Shown: piece by piece, positions 24,834-37,995 of the stretch | How the letters are laid out: the number at the start of each line of letters is the position of its first letter | Position numbering within the stretch: the stretch's first letter is position 1 | Source of the DNA: Rotaria socialis | Lineage: Eukaryota | Direction of reading: 5' to 3' | Assembly: GCA_905331295.1 (NCBI GenBank) | Contig: CAJNYD010000548.1 | Span: 62,001 to 126,000, forward strand | DNA: 64,000 bases | Made by a program: the position numbers and the translations under genes | The notes under the pieces: generated by a model | The model's input: the letters and a program-made list of their open reading frames with translations, nothing else | What the model was told of the DNA's origin: nothing | The model's database searches: none

Positions 24834-25318
24834 ATTGATTTCTTTTTTATTATATTAATATATTTTATTAATCTGGTGTTTGTGTCCATGAGATAATTAT
24901 TGTGTTTTATGGTGCAGATAACACTTATTGGATTTCGGATCTTTTCTGTTTTCTTTTTTTATTATCTAACATGAATAAATGGCGTATTATTCTCTAGATC
25001 AATGTTTTCTCACAGTAATGTGACATTTCCAGTTAGTGAAGAATCATAACAACATGTGCGAGAGTGTATATGATATGTCGTACAGTCGATAAGTTCTCTG
25101 TGATCGATCATGAACAAGAAAATCGAGGATGAAACTGGAGAATAGCTGTGGATGCATGCTTTTTCCTTCTGTTCTTGGGTCATGTCTTCATATTTTTTTC
25201 TGGCACCGCCTTTTTTCTAATGATGTTTAATTCTACGAGAATGCATGATAGCAAGATATAAACAAATGATAAATGGATATTGATTTGATATGAGAACAAA
25301 AAAATAAGAAAAGTTGCG

Positions 25319-28300
25319 ATGGAACTTCGTCGATTTACAATGTCGAATCCAACAGCAGCTTTCTCCATCATTGCGCATGAAGCATGGGGTCATAGACTTT
25401 CTGTTGGAGAAAACGATGACGATACAAACTTCGGAGATGGACATAATAAAACTCAGCGGTTACGAAATCGAATAAAAGTGAGACTAAACAGTTTTCTTGA
25501 TATAATTCTTGTGCTGCTTATAATATAATAGACTAATCATTGTAATTTAGGCAAATTGTCTCTTGCGTTTAGATAAAAAGAAATACGTATATAGATATAT
25601 GTTGTTAGTTCTTATCTGATTTCTAGCTCTTCATTACGAATCAAAATCATCCAATCACTAGTATACAACTGGAGTCTCTTGGGATAATTATATATAATAC
25701 TATCGAATGTTGATGGGAATATAAATTGCTTTTGTTACAGTGACGTAAGACGTACATTATTATGATGTGAAAGAGAAAAATTCGATTCTATTTTTGATTT
25801 CCTATTCTTGATTACAAATATTTGTTTTTATTTCCTAAACAGGAAGTAAGAACATAGTTCTCGTTAGAAGATCAATGGATTTCCTTTCCCAAATATCTTA
25901 CTTATTTCTTACAGATGGCTTTTACTTACTGTTCGATAATATTATCGAAGAAAATACCAACAATTGTTTACGTGTATATTTATTTGTGGCTTGTACTATA
26001 GAGTATTAGAGGTTTTTATTGCCTAGTTTGACAAAAGTATCTCTGGATCAATAGCTATTGCTCTATCAACAATAACCAAACAAAAATGACCTTAGTATTG
26101 TAATTGTGATTAGATTAATTTGATGCAAAACAATTTCATTTTGCATTGTACTAATAGGCGTTATTTGGTCGGTAAATGTACATGGACATTAAAAGATAAG
26201 GATAGCAAAAAACGCGTTTAGAAACCAGAAAAGCATCAAAACCCTATGCCAGAAATACCATCTGCATAGATCTGAGAAGATAACAAGATATCGATGCAAT
26301 AGATTTAATCATTGATAACAAAATTTAACTGAAATGAATAGTACTTCGGTTCAACTTTTTAAGAAGAGACCTAGCTGTTTACCAGAACGAGAAATACAGG
26401 TAATTTGTTATCATGAAAACATTTTATTTCCAAAACGACCCATATAAACCTTATATGGATATATATATATATATGTATATTTATGTCTGTAAATCATCCG
26501 AAAGAAAATAAGCAGCCACCAACAATGATGATATGACTTATGTGTATTAATAATTGTTGTTAACATTCTATTTTTTTTCTATCCTTGTCTCTCTCTCCTT
26601 GCTAATATAAATAAGAAGTGTTATAGATTTACCATATAATAGATACAGATATACAATAATGGAATATCAATCATCAACGATAAGACGAACACGTAAAGTG
26701 ATTAAAATATTTCAACAATAAATAAGCAAACGTCTATTTTGATGTCATTCTATGTTTTGCTTTTCTTATTTTTATTTAGCGTGATTTCAACTCTCTACCA
26801 GAAAAAGTTTTACTATCAGTATTTTCCTATTTACCACATCTACAATTATTACGTTGTGCACGTGTTTGTCGTTTATGGCGTGGTTTAAGTCAAAATTCAA
26901 AATTATGGAAACAAGTTTTTCTTCGTCCCGAACATCACGGTTTACATGTGAAAAATCTCGATCAATTTGTTCCTTTAATTGGTCATCGTTTTGCTCTATC
27001 ATTACAATTTATCGAATTACCAATGGAATTAATAACATCTGATGTTTTACATGAATTAGCCAATAAATGTCCGAATTTAAAATATTTAACATTAGATTTT
27101 TCAACAGCTATGCAGCTACATGATTTTAATGATTTAAATATGTTTCCGTGCAATCTTAAAGCGCTTTGCATCTGTTTGTCAGAAGTTATTTTTCTTGAAG
27201 GCTTTATGAGACGTATCTATACATATTTATCATCATTAGAAGTGTTACAAATTATTGGTAAGAGAAAAAAGAACACTTGTATGGCGTGGTTATTATTTTT
27301 TCTTTTGTTGTTTCTCTTCAGGTACTATTGAGAAATCAACTGAAGCTGAAGAAGAAGTTTATGAAACAATTAATATTAGTAAAATAAAAGTTCAAACACC
27401 TAATCTTCGAGTGAGTTTAGAGTATTTGTAATGATTAACATAAATAATGATTTATAGGTCATCAATTTATATGGTATTTTTTTTATTGATGATAATCATA
27501 TAGAAACTATTGCATCTGGTTGTATTCATTTGGAGTGTTTTGCATTAAATTTTTGTACACGTGTCAAAGGTACAAGTTTTAAAAATTTATTACAACGTTG
27601 TAGAAAACTGCAATGTCTTCTACTTCAAAATACTGGTACTTGTATTTTTTTTTAAATGAAAAACATAGAACTGATTGTTTAACTTATTTTACTATTTTAT
27701 TAATAGCTATTGAAGATAACTATATGTTAGCAGCTGATTGGGCAACATCTTCTGTTAGTGAACTGGATATATCATCTACTGATTTATCAGAACAATGTCT
27801 ATTAGATGTTTTTGCACGAATGCCTAAATTAACTTACTTAGCAGTACCTAATTGTGATGGATTTACCGACCAGGTAAATATAGGAGTCTTGATCTCAATG
27901 ATTTTCTATTGAAATCTATCAATTCAAGGTTCTTGATCTACTTATTGATCAAGGCAAATTATCTCATATTCGTGCTATCGATTTAAGCGATACGGTTAAT
28001 CTTAATTTTGAAGTTGTAGCAACATTTATTAAACGACATGGGCGACAATTACGTGGCATATCCTATTATGGTAATCCAAAAGTAAGCGAACAATTTTGGA
28101 CTAATGCAATAAAAAATATGAAAAATGTCAAGTAAGATCACTTCGAAATTGTCTAGTTTAAAATATTTCTTCGTTTTGCTTTTGCAGAATTGTAGTTATT
28201 GGTACTTCATTCGGTTGGTTTAAGAAAATATCTACGCGTATTCATATTGATCAAATATTAGAATCATGTGCACAAGAATGTCAAAATTTAGAACGCTTAG

Positions 28301-28605
28301 AAATTCAATGGGACCAAGAAACTTTAAGATGGAATGAAAATAGTTCGAAATTTATTGATCACATTCGGTATGTTTGTTTTTCTCTTGTTGTTGATGGATA
28401 TTTGGAAATACTTATATATATATATATATATAGAATTCGTTGTGTGAAGCTCAATTCATTAGTATTATCCGATGGTGAATATTATGAACTTGTACGATCA
28501 AATTTTGAACGAGCTGATCGTCAACGTGTTGTACGTACAGCGACTAGTGACCAGACCAGTATTGTCAGTTTACTTAAATATTATAATGATTTACGTTTCA
28601 ATTAA
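25319..28605 (+). CDS. F-box/leucine-rich-repeat protein with candidate alternative first exons
   Basis: Exon from 26780 encodes F-box FNSLPEKVLLSVFSYLPHLQLLRCARVCRLWR...LWKQV, followed by LRRs (LANKCPNLKYLTLDF, GCIHLECFALNFC, MPKLTYLAVPNC, CQNLERLEI) across GT-AG introns to TAA 28605. Confidence 0.88.
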
Positions 28606-29627
28606 ACCGTATATGCACATATATTTTTATAGCCATCGCACTTAATTTTATTTCTTCCTTTTTTTTCCATGGTTCACCTATTACTGATAGAAACACGTTT
28701 TATATGCAACTTGTTTGTCATTTATGTCGTTCATCAGAGACTAAGTCAAGATGGCTAATAAAAGGTCAAAAATATGTGTTGTGCATCAATATTGGTTAAA
28801 TAAAATAGACGAATGCGAGTGTATGAATAAAGCTAAAACTAAATGCATAATATGTTTTTAACTAACATAAACAATAGTCAAATAGCTCCTTTGTCATTAA
28901 CAGACGATTTTCAATTTCACTCATCGTATTTTTGTTCTCTTTCTCTCTCGTTCTTAATGCTATTATTGTTTACTGATTTTTTTGTGTAGATTAAAAATAG
29001 CTGTTGCTATTCGACAATCGATCTGTTTTTGCGGTATTATTATTAACATATGGAGATTTATTTTATGGCTGTAAATTATATTACCGGAACTATCGTGTCA
29101 GTTAATTGTTGTTTTAACGAAAGCTAGGACCATGGCAGCTCAACTCAATTAGACTCTCTAGTAATTAGTTCGTTATGGTCTTTCTATCCCATATTCTCTT
29201 GTTGTTATGTTTCTATTTACGGATGAATGACCTAGTTTCGATAAGTCATGATCAACTAAGAGAATTTTTCTTCTTCTGACTTTTACACGAAAGTACTTTT
29301 TGCCATATTGACAATACACAAAAACTGCTATATCTGTAGCTATTCATATTCAATGTTGTTTTATCCATTAAATCTGATTGATACTATCTTTAACAGATGT
29401 CCATCGCAGTTTAGATCATTGTTACTTGCCCGTTCTACAGAACCATGATGCTTGTACTGATTCTGTTTTATTTTTAGTGCTAGTTCATTTTATAGGTTAT
29501 CATTAGCATTCAAAAGCCAAAAGAGTCACAATAATATGATGTTGACACTCACAAACTATCACAGGATTCAAACCTATTAGTTTTTCACCACTCAATTCAA
29601 TTAAGTATATATATATATATGTATATG

Positions 29628-30996
29628 CAGTACTGGCCAAAATTATAGAACCATTTTCCGAGTTTCGTCGTTTTCTTATCATGATGATTTCAATCTTTCT
29701 TTAATGCCACACTGACTGAAAAAGAAGTACGTTCCGACAATGTTTAAATACTGTACTTTCAAAAATATTTTATTCTCGAGTTTCAGAGGAAGTCTTATTC
29801 TTCAAGCCAAAATGGCTGTAAAACGTGATTTTTCTTTGGTATTTTTGTTGAAAAGTTTAAAGTACGGATACTAATCATTTCCAAGGTCCAAGAAAACGGT
29901 GCGTAAATGGCCGTAAAAACGATGTAAAACTGCGCCGTTTTCCGAGCTGACGGAAAACGACGAATATACTGTTAAAAACGATGGCCGTTTTCTAGCGGAA
30001 AAAGCGGTCTGACGGATTACGGCGAAATAAAGTGAAAATTAACGCCTTATTATACTATTTTTTATAGCCGTTTCAGGTCTGTTAAGATGACCGCTTCGGC
30101 GGTCGGAATGATTGTCCTGTGTTGTAGGCAGTGAATTTGAAGAGAAACTATTCATAGCTTCAAAATGAGAGGTTGGCTTGCTCATTGTACCATTTCTTTC
30201 CGAAGATACACATGGTAACAGAAAAATCTTTAATAACGCCAAAAAAAAAGGAGTTTTCGGTTATTCGTCTTTGCACCATTAACATAGAAGTGTAATAGCT
30301 CTATTTCCGTCGGATATTAATACGTGTTGCCGACGGCTATCGCAAGGTTTTATATTCAGCAAGTGATTGATTAAATGTCAGTTACTGTTGCGAAGATGAT
30401 TTATAGTTATCATTTAGCATTTTTTAGCTTTCTTAAAGATTTGTTTTTGTTACCATGTGTAATCTTCGGAACGAAATGGTACAATGAGCAAGCCAACGTC
30501 TCATTTTGAAGCTATGAATAGTTTCTCTTCAAATCCACTGCCTACAAATGATTAGTATCCTTACTTTAAACTTTTCAACAAAAATACCAAAGAAAAATCA
30601 TGTTTTACAGCCATTTTGACTTGAAAAATAAGACTTCCTCTGAAACTCGAGAATAAAATATTTTTGAAAGTACAGTATTTAAACATTGTCGGAACGTACT
30701 TCTTTGTCAGTCAGCGTGGCATTAAAGAAAGATTGAAATCATCATGATAAGAAAACGACGAAACTCGGAGAATGGTTCTATAATTTTGGCCAGGCAAAAA
30801 TCAACAAATTTTTCTAATCAATTTTTTTCTCAAAGTTCACATTGAGAGTGTGAAAGTATAAGTACATATTTGAATAGAGTACTTTCGAATCTATATATTA
30901 TCATACTAGCTTTTCTATGTTCAATACTCTAAAACTATCGATGGAGAAGAAATAACTTCACTCAAGCAGATGGTTCTATAATTTTGGCCAGTACTG
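29628..30996. mobile_element. Tc1-like IR/DR-type non-autonomous foldback element with a nested MITE
   Basis: Ends cagtactggccaaaattatagaacca / tggttctataattttggccagtactg. Near-perfect arms (29634-29880 plus 30124-30245 vs 30418-30792). A 20-bp DR occurs twice on the right (30773-30792, 30971-30990). Confidence 0.85.
29881..30121. mobile_element. CMC-like MITE (degenerate CCCAGG...CCTGGG ends)
   Basis: Absent from the mirror arm of the host (empty site catttgtagg); 2-bp TSD tt; ends ccaagg / cctgtg. Confidence 0.75.
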
Positions 30997-32084
30997 CATA
31001 TACATATGTGTGCAATCAAAACATTGAGATTGGTTTCCTACCGCTACTAGTTTATTTTGTATGCCGGGATAAACATAGTGCTATCAATACTTCTGATCTG
31101 TATATCATGATATTTAATGTTGTTTTTCATTGCTGTCGATGCTGAATATCAAAATAGTGCATACAATCACACCCCTTTTCCTCTTTAATAACTATCGTGC
31201 TCCTTGTATTTACATTCAACACCAACTAATGCAATATCTGCTATTTTCAATACTAATGTATAAAGTATTTAATGTTTCTTGTGTGAGATTTCATCAATTT
31301 TGATTATCAATTTGATTGTTAATGAAGTTAGTAGTGATAACAATCACCGCTGTACTATTGATTTTAGTGAATTTTACATTTCTGGATTGAAAAATTTTAA
31401 TTTGCTTCAATTAAATATTTTGCTGGTGAATTCAATTTTAAATAAAACGAAGTTATAAATAGATTCAATTTAGTTTTGCTTTTCTTATTACTTAAGTAGA
31501 AGCCTATTGACAGATGAGTATCGATCTTTGTTGTCGACGACAAAATATGTGCGAGTACGTAAAATCAATACGATACTACTGGCAAGTGGATGACAACAGT
31601 GATGTCTAGATTTCAGATTTTCCGTACTAAAGTACTCAGAATAAAAACTTATTTATCTCATATTCCTACGAGAAAGATAATCTCATTACATAGAACAGTA
31701 GAAACTATAGTGACATTTAACTTGAAGCATAAATGGTTCCAAAACCGATACATAAGAGCTGGGTTTTGTGTGAAAAACTATTTTGATATAAAAAAAATAA
31801 GTCACAAAAACAATCGTTGCGTAACTTGCAGTGTCTAGACATCTTGTTTTGACTAACAGTAACTTGTCTCTCTGTTATGATAATTCAATAGAACGTCAAA
31901 CATTAGTATAATTCGCAGATCGCAATAGAAATCTTTCTATTCTGTATACGATGATTTCTATGAAAACTTTTCCATTCTAAAAGCCAAACTATTTATTGTT
32001 TTTAGTAATTTGTATGACATAGCGTACACACAAAGAATATCAAGAAGAAAAAGAAAAACAGTAGTTATTTATCATGAAAGTCTT

Positions 32085-35000
32085 TTATTGTTCGAAATTG
32101 TTATTGTCTAATGCTAAATCATTTGACGATTGTCCGGTTTGATTTGATTTCAAATGAAATAGTGTATCATATTTTTCAAAACTAATTAAACGAAGTATAG
32201 TTTGCGCATAGTTTGTTAAATTAAAACGTTCCTCTGTGGTTAAATAAGCGGTGGCATCAACAACTTCTTTTTCACATGGATCAATTATACCAGGACCAAT
32301 ACGATTTGGTAAAAGAATACCACTACTTAAACAAGCAAATACTGAACGAAACAAATTCGTTGGTGAGTTCGGTGGTTGGTATTGACATTTGTAAACAAGT
32401 AAAGTAAGACACCAAAGATTAAGCGATGATAATGGCGTTTGATTATATTGCAAATCTCGCAGAAGCCGAAGAACAATTAAATTTGAATTATTTTCAAGCA
32501 TACATCGGGAAAACCAATTGGAATGACCTTAAATAAATGAGAAAAATTAAATTATTCTATATCGAAGAAACTGAGTAATAAATGATTTATGTAAGGCGTG
32601 CTTTCAGTCATTAGTTTGCTTTTTGTCTAACGCATTAATCGCTCGAGTGCTTCTTTTTAATCGGCTAGGAAGCATCTTATTTCTATGCGTAGATATCTTC
32701 GAAATCTTAAAAAAAAACTATTTTCTTCTAACTTTTTTTCATCGACAAAGAAGAAAAGAGAATGAGCATGTCGATTCAATCAGTTCATAATTCTAGAGAA
32801 AATATTTTTCTTTATATTTGGCAAATAGATTACAATTCATTTATTTTTATCAGTGTTACCGATGACAAGGCAAAAAGAACTGAGAAAATTTATCGTTGTG
32901 CTTTCAGATTCTTTGGAAACCGTCTGTCAGCTTAAAGTGAATTTTATCGATGTAGATAAAAGTTAATAAATTTCTTTACTTACGTATTTCAGCTGCTGTT
33001 TCTAAACATTTATTTTTATCTAACATATCGATTGGATCCGGATTTAAATCAGCTATTTCTTGACCACTCATATCATCGAGATTAAGAAAATTTTCACTGC
33101 GAAATACTGGTGATGTTAACATAATTTTAATTATATGGTTCGGCAAAAGACTGCATTGAACAGTAAGACACGCATCATGAATATCTGCTTGTACTTGATA
33201 GCTTATTGGTGTTGATTGTTCTGCGTTTGAATCTAGTTGAATAGCTGCTATAGCTTGAGCATTTAATCCAATACTTAATTCTTGACAAACTTCATTGAGT
33301 AATGCTACAGTTGGCTTATTAGCACATATAAGTACTAATGAATATTCATAATCGGTCTTAAGGAAAAGACGCATAGCTAATGTTGAAACTTTCATAGCAC
33401 CTTTTAACATTCTATGTATAAAAAAGGAAAAAAAAAGAATAATGTTATCATGATATTCATCTTGAATGATTTACCGGAATGATTCACTTGGATCTTCATT
33501 AAGTTGTTCGACACTATTTAATTTAACATTGTCTGGTAATTGTGGTACAACAGTAACATTATTCAATTTGCAAGTTTCCATGATTTTATCAGATACAGTT
33601 TTTAATGCTCGTTCAATATCCTCAACAAAACGATGTAAGGTTATTATTGTGTTTTCATTTTCACAGATTTCTTCACATTTATGATTAATTAAATTTTGAA
33701 ATAAATTTTCATTATTTGACACTGCTTGTTGTTGTCCTCCTGTGGGTGTATATGGTTTTGGTCGTGGCTGTTGTTGTTGTTGTGGTGGCGGTGGTGGATA
33801 TTGCTGACGAATGTTTGAGTACGCTAAAAGATAAATAAACATGACTAAATACGATCAAAACTAATTACTAAGAAAAAACTTGATTTTAGAAAGTATTCTT
33901 ATTTTTTAGTAGGTAACTTTATTCTTTGATTTGTCTATAATCAAGTTTTCTCATTTGATCTATTTTAAATACACTTACCACCTATCCAGTGCTGATGCTT
34001 TTTCTATTTCTTTTTTTTGAATGAATTGAAAGTGAGTAGAAGTATTTATGATTTTTCTTATTCGCGCTGGAATTCGATCTGCCCATCGAATTAGCGCTTA
34101 ATCAAATTTACTAATAATAGTAATAACAACAAAGAAGATAGATTTAGGCAGATTAAAATCCATGGGAATAGAGAGATATTATTGTCTTCTCTCATTATTA
34201 TTTTTTCTCTCTATCAATTATTCAAATAAAAAAGAAAGTGAACGAGCTTCGTTCGTTTATATTGATAACCATTTATTAATAAGCATGTGTATCAGCCAGT
34301 AACTATAAAATGAATCAATATTAAACTTACTTTAAATCTCAACATAAAATCTTTTTGTTTTCATTAATAGAACAAAGTGAAGACATGAACTCACTTCCTC
34401 GGCCAGCTCCTCCGCGTGATGTTCTTGTTGAATGTGATCCACGTTGTGCTAGTTCAGGTCTTTTTAATGCCGTTGTTTGTAACGCTTGTTCCGCAGCTAA
34501 ACCGAAAAGATTTATTTCAAATGTCAATTTCTGTTTTAGTTGAACTTACCAACTTGTTGGGCTCGTTTAATACTTGTTCCGATACCTGTATAAGCTTCGT
34601 CAGCAATTGTTAATCGTATTTCAAATTGTTTACAATGTGCCGGGCCAGTTTCTTTAACTAAGTCATATTTAGCATTTACCTGAAGAACGAAAGAAGAAAA
34701 AAATGAAGTTATTGCTAGTTTATTTTTCAAACTTTATTAAATTTTGCTAATTCGTTCAGTAATTGTAAAACACTTTTGTCGCTAGTTGATGATGGTTTAA
34801 CAACCATAGAAGCTGGAGGAGGTGGATTTGGCTCAGCCAATAGTACAGGTTCAACTGGTGTGCTCATTACGGGTTCTACAGGTAGACATAATGGTTTTTG
34901 TTCAACATCAGTGGTAGTTGGTGAAGTCACAGTTGATATTTTAAGTTTCATTTTTTTAATATGTTTTTGACCACGAATATGAGCATCCATCATTTGTTGT

Positions 35001-35298
35001 GAATTAACTTCAATCCCACAGGCATCACATGTTATTATTTCTTGTTTGCGTTTTTCAGATTTTGGTGGTTGCATCTAAAATTAATTTTATTTTGTAGCAT
35101 AAAAACTTTAAATAGAACTAAGCATACTGCTGGTCTCGAATTGTAAAAACGAGGCGGCTGGGATTGAAAATGTTGTGGTGTTTGATTCATATATGTTTGT
35201 TCCATTAGTGACGGATGCTGTTGTGGATTATGCATAGGAAATGGAAAGGACATTAGTGCAGCAGGTGGACCATTATTAAAATTTCCGATATTGTTCAT
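32085..35298 (-). CDS. DZF-family RNA-binding protein (ZFR/ILF3-related) with C2H2 zinc finger, dsRBD, RGG and DZF; 7 exons
   Basis: ZnF CDACGIEVNSQQMMDAHIRGQKH; dsRBD SVLQLLNELAKFNK...GPAHCKQFEI...GIGTSIKRAQQVAAEQAL; RGGAGRG; DZF LKGAMKV...LVLICANKPT...KCLETAAEIRHSNWF...LRLLRDL...GPGIIDPCEKEVVDA...AQTILRLISF. Confidence 0.88.
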
Positions 35299-35940
35299 CT
35301 TTTTTTTGTATTGGTAGATAATGAAAAATACAAGCTGCTTATTTTAATAGTAAAATGTTTCGAAATAAGCAAATATGTAATAGAAATAAATATCGTGGCC
35401 GATAGACAACAATAAAATGGTTAAAATAATCGAGATATATATTTTTTTGACGTAATACACTTTCTTTCCATTGCGTTAGAATGACATCGAACCTCTATAA
35501 GGCGAAAAAGAGGGCGCTAGCATCAAGCACATGCACTTATAAAATAAATGCATGAAAAAGATCTCCCCTCTTCTGACATTATTATGACATGAATACAATT
35601 ACTAAAAAGCGATTTGCTTCGAAAAATATCTATTTATTTTATGTAAGACACTTTCATGATAATATATCCTCCATTAAATAATACAACACTAATTGAGTTA
35701 TAGTTGAGAAAAAATGTGAATTTTTTTCAGTTTTGTTTCATCTTATTGTCAAATTTCCTCATAACCACCTTTTCCACAGAGCTGTTCATATCCCAGGAGG
35801 ACAGTTACAAACCTCTGTAATGTACTATAACTTCACCGTAAACGATCGTATTAGTATATCGTACTCGATCGTAATACATGCCCAGGCCACTCAATCCTAG
35901 CTTCTGGATTCCGGTCCGGATTTGATCGGAATCCTGGTGT

Positions 35941-36894
35941 CACTGGCGGATCTACCACCCAGGTCGAACAGTTCGGCCTGCCAACGGCCGGTTCCCGTTA
36001 CTTCTGTTGATTTTGTGGAAGCAGTATTCCGGTTGGAAAATTTTCGGATTTTTTCCGGCGATTTCCTATCAATTCCTGCCGGAAAGCACCAGATTTTGGA
36101 AGGAATCCGCCGGAAAAGGCCGGTCGTGTTTTTGATGGGAATACTGCTTCCAGATTCCAGCGATTTCCCGTGTTTTCCTGCAGGGTATGGTGACTGTCCC
36201 GCGTATTTCCTGCAGTATCTTACGGGATCCGGTGGGCGGAATGTTCGACCTGGGCAGTTCGGCTACCCAGCGCTCGCCACCCCCCTGAGAATAGATGGGA
36301 CAACGAAATATTTTTAAAGGTTTAAATAATATTAGAAGGTCGAAAATAAATGAATAGCCGATAGGAATCGGAAAACTATAGCTGATTGTCATCATCTTGA
36401 ATATTACGTAAGTAGTAGATCAAAAAATATAAATAGCGTTTGTTCGTTTTCAGCTTCATTTCTGTCTTTTTTAAAGTGCTACCCGAAATGTTTCTGCGAT
36501 TCTTATATTCACCAAATAATATCTTTCAATAAGAAAATAAACCACACGATGTTGGTGTCAAACGTTCGAAAACTTTTTTGGTTTAATAATAAAAGTTTCA
36601 CAAAAAAATCATGAAAATAAGTAATTAGAAAAATCTGGTTAATTATAACTAATTTGCACCGATGAATTCGCTAAGTTCAGTAGTCGATTAGCTTTTAGGT
36701 TTTATTGCGCAACTTCATTTCTAAAAAAGTTGTTTTTTCCATGAAATTATAGATATACTGCGCAAAAATTAAATAAGCAATGGAAAGAAAACTGTAGTAC
36801 TTTGATTTATATATTTTCGAAAAACATTTCTCTACGTCGTATTATATAATTTAGAAAGCGCCATCCTCTCTAAAAATTCCAGGATCCGCCACTG
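35941..36894. mobile_element. hAT-like non-autonomous element
   Basis: Ends cactggcggatc / gatccgccactg; 8-bp TSD cctggtgt/cctggtga (7/8). Confidence 0.78.
35958..36254. mobile_element. CMC-like MITE (297 bp)
   Basis: Perfect 13-bp TIR cccaggtcgaaca/tgttcgacctggg; 2-bp TSD ca; internally palindromic with ccgg repeats. Confidence 0.85.
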
Positions 36895-37119
36895 CCTGGT
36901 GAGCGTGCGTGCCCTGGATGCCAACGATTTGCGAGCGTATTCTCGCCGTATTTTCTGTTTTACGGTCTATTTATAAGAAATATTGAGCAAATATCTGATA
37001 CTTGGCCGGCTCTAAATTTTACAATTTTTTTCCGGAGATTTCGGCTAACTTTGGGATAATATCAATACTGCTTGCTACTTATTTATTTTCCAGATGCCTT
37101 TCTCCCATATTCGAGAGTG

Positions 37120-37605
37120 ATGTCATAATCCTGTTACGCCGGGTAACGACTTTTCCCCCCAGCTAAACATACTTTATAAACATTCGGTGTATTATCCCTT
37201 GGGTATCCACTTCGATATAAGTATATGTTTTAAGTTGAGGAATTTGAGTTGTTTTGGGATATTACCCCTAGTGTACCGTCAGGAACTTTCCCGATAGAGA
37301 TGATGAGTACCCATCGAAACAATTCATTAAATTTAAGACTAAAAAAAATTAAATCTCAATTCAAATCTTAAATCTAACTTGGTAGAATTTAATCAAAAAA
37401 TTGTATTTTAATTTTTGCGAATTTAAATATAAATTAAATAAACTGTAAATTAACACCCATAGTAATACCCTAAAAACAACTCAAATTCCTCAACTTGAAA
37501 TACAGTTATGTCGAAATGGATACCCTAGGGGTAATACCCCCAAAAGAATTCGACGGGCATTATGACTTCCAAATCACGATACTCAGTTTAAAGGTATTGT
37601 GACAT
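37120..37605. mobile_element. Foldback MITE; ends approximate
   Basis: 37186-37275 (gggtatccacttcga...aagttgaggaatttgagttgtttt) is the reverse complement of ~37455-37540; weaker outer match atgtcataat/attgtgacat. Confidence 0.65.
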
Positions 37606-37711
37606 CTATGATATTTTGACATGCGCACGTACTTTTCATGTTCGCTTACCAATAAGTTTTTGTTCTCTATACGATGGAATGTGATGTTATTCAATCAACG
37701 GCGTAACCAAG

Positions 37712-37995
37712 GACGACCCATGGGATAAAAAAATTAAGATATATTCACTGCGAAATACGTTAATGCTGACCGATTTAACCTGTTGCGCGGCGTTTCCTAT
37801 GGTAACACAGGCGTCGAATCAATTTTCCCATTTACTCAAAACGCGCTTGGGAGCCACTATGTCAGGATGAAAACAAAAAGTACATAATCTCGCGGCGTTT
37901 TTAACCGATTCAATAGCTGCGGGACGCATTAAACCGGCCAGCGTTAACGCTTTTTGCAGCATTGAAAAGTAACGAAATTTTTCCCACGGGCAGGC
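37712..37995. repeat. Degenerate inverted repeat (probable MITE remnant)
   Basis: cccatggga...cgttaatgctgaccgatttaa...gcggc mirrors gctgc...ttaaaccggccagcgttaacg...tcccacggg. Confidence 0.55.

Larger units (their letters stand above)
35881..36918. mobile_element. Small CMC-like element (cccagg...cctgga, TSD tg) hosting a hAT-like insertion
   Basis: tg|cccaggcc at 35881 and gccctgga|tg at 36918; interrupted at cctggtg. Confidence 0.5.

Noticed and set aside
33978..34003. Possible 25-nt poison exon (strong gtaagt donor) in a DZF-gene intron
   Set aside because: The acceptor lacks a pyrimidine tract; cannot be supported without transcripts.
35922..36395. 108-131 aa ORFs here, and similar ORFs at 38734-39094
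   Set aside because: They lie in GC-richer palindromic MITEs and have no protein motifs.
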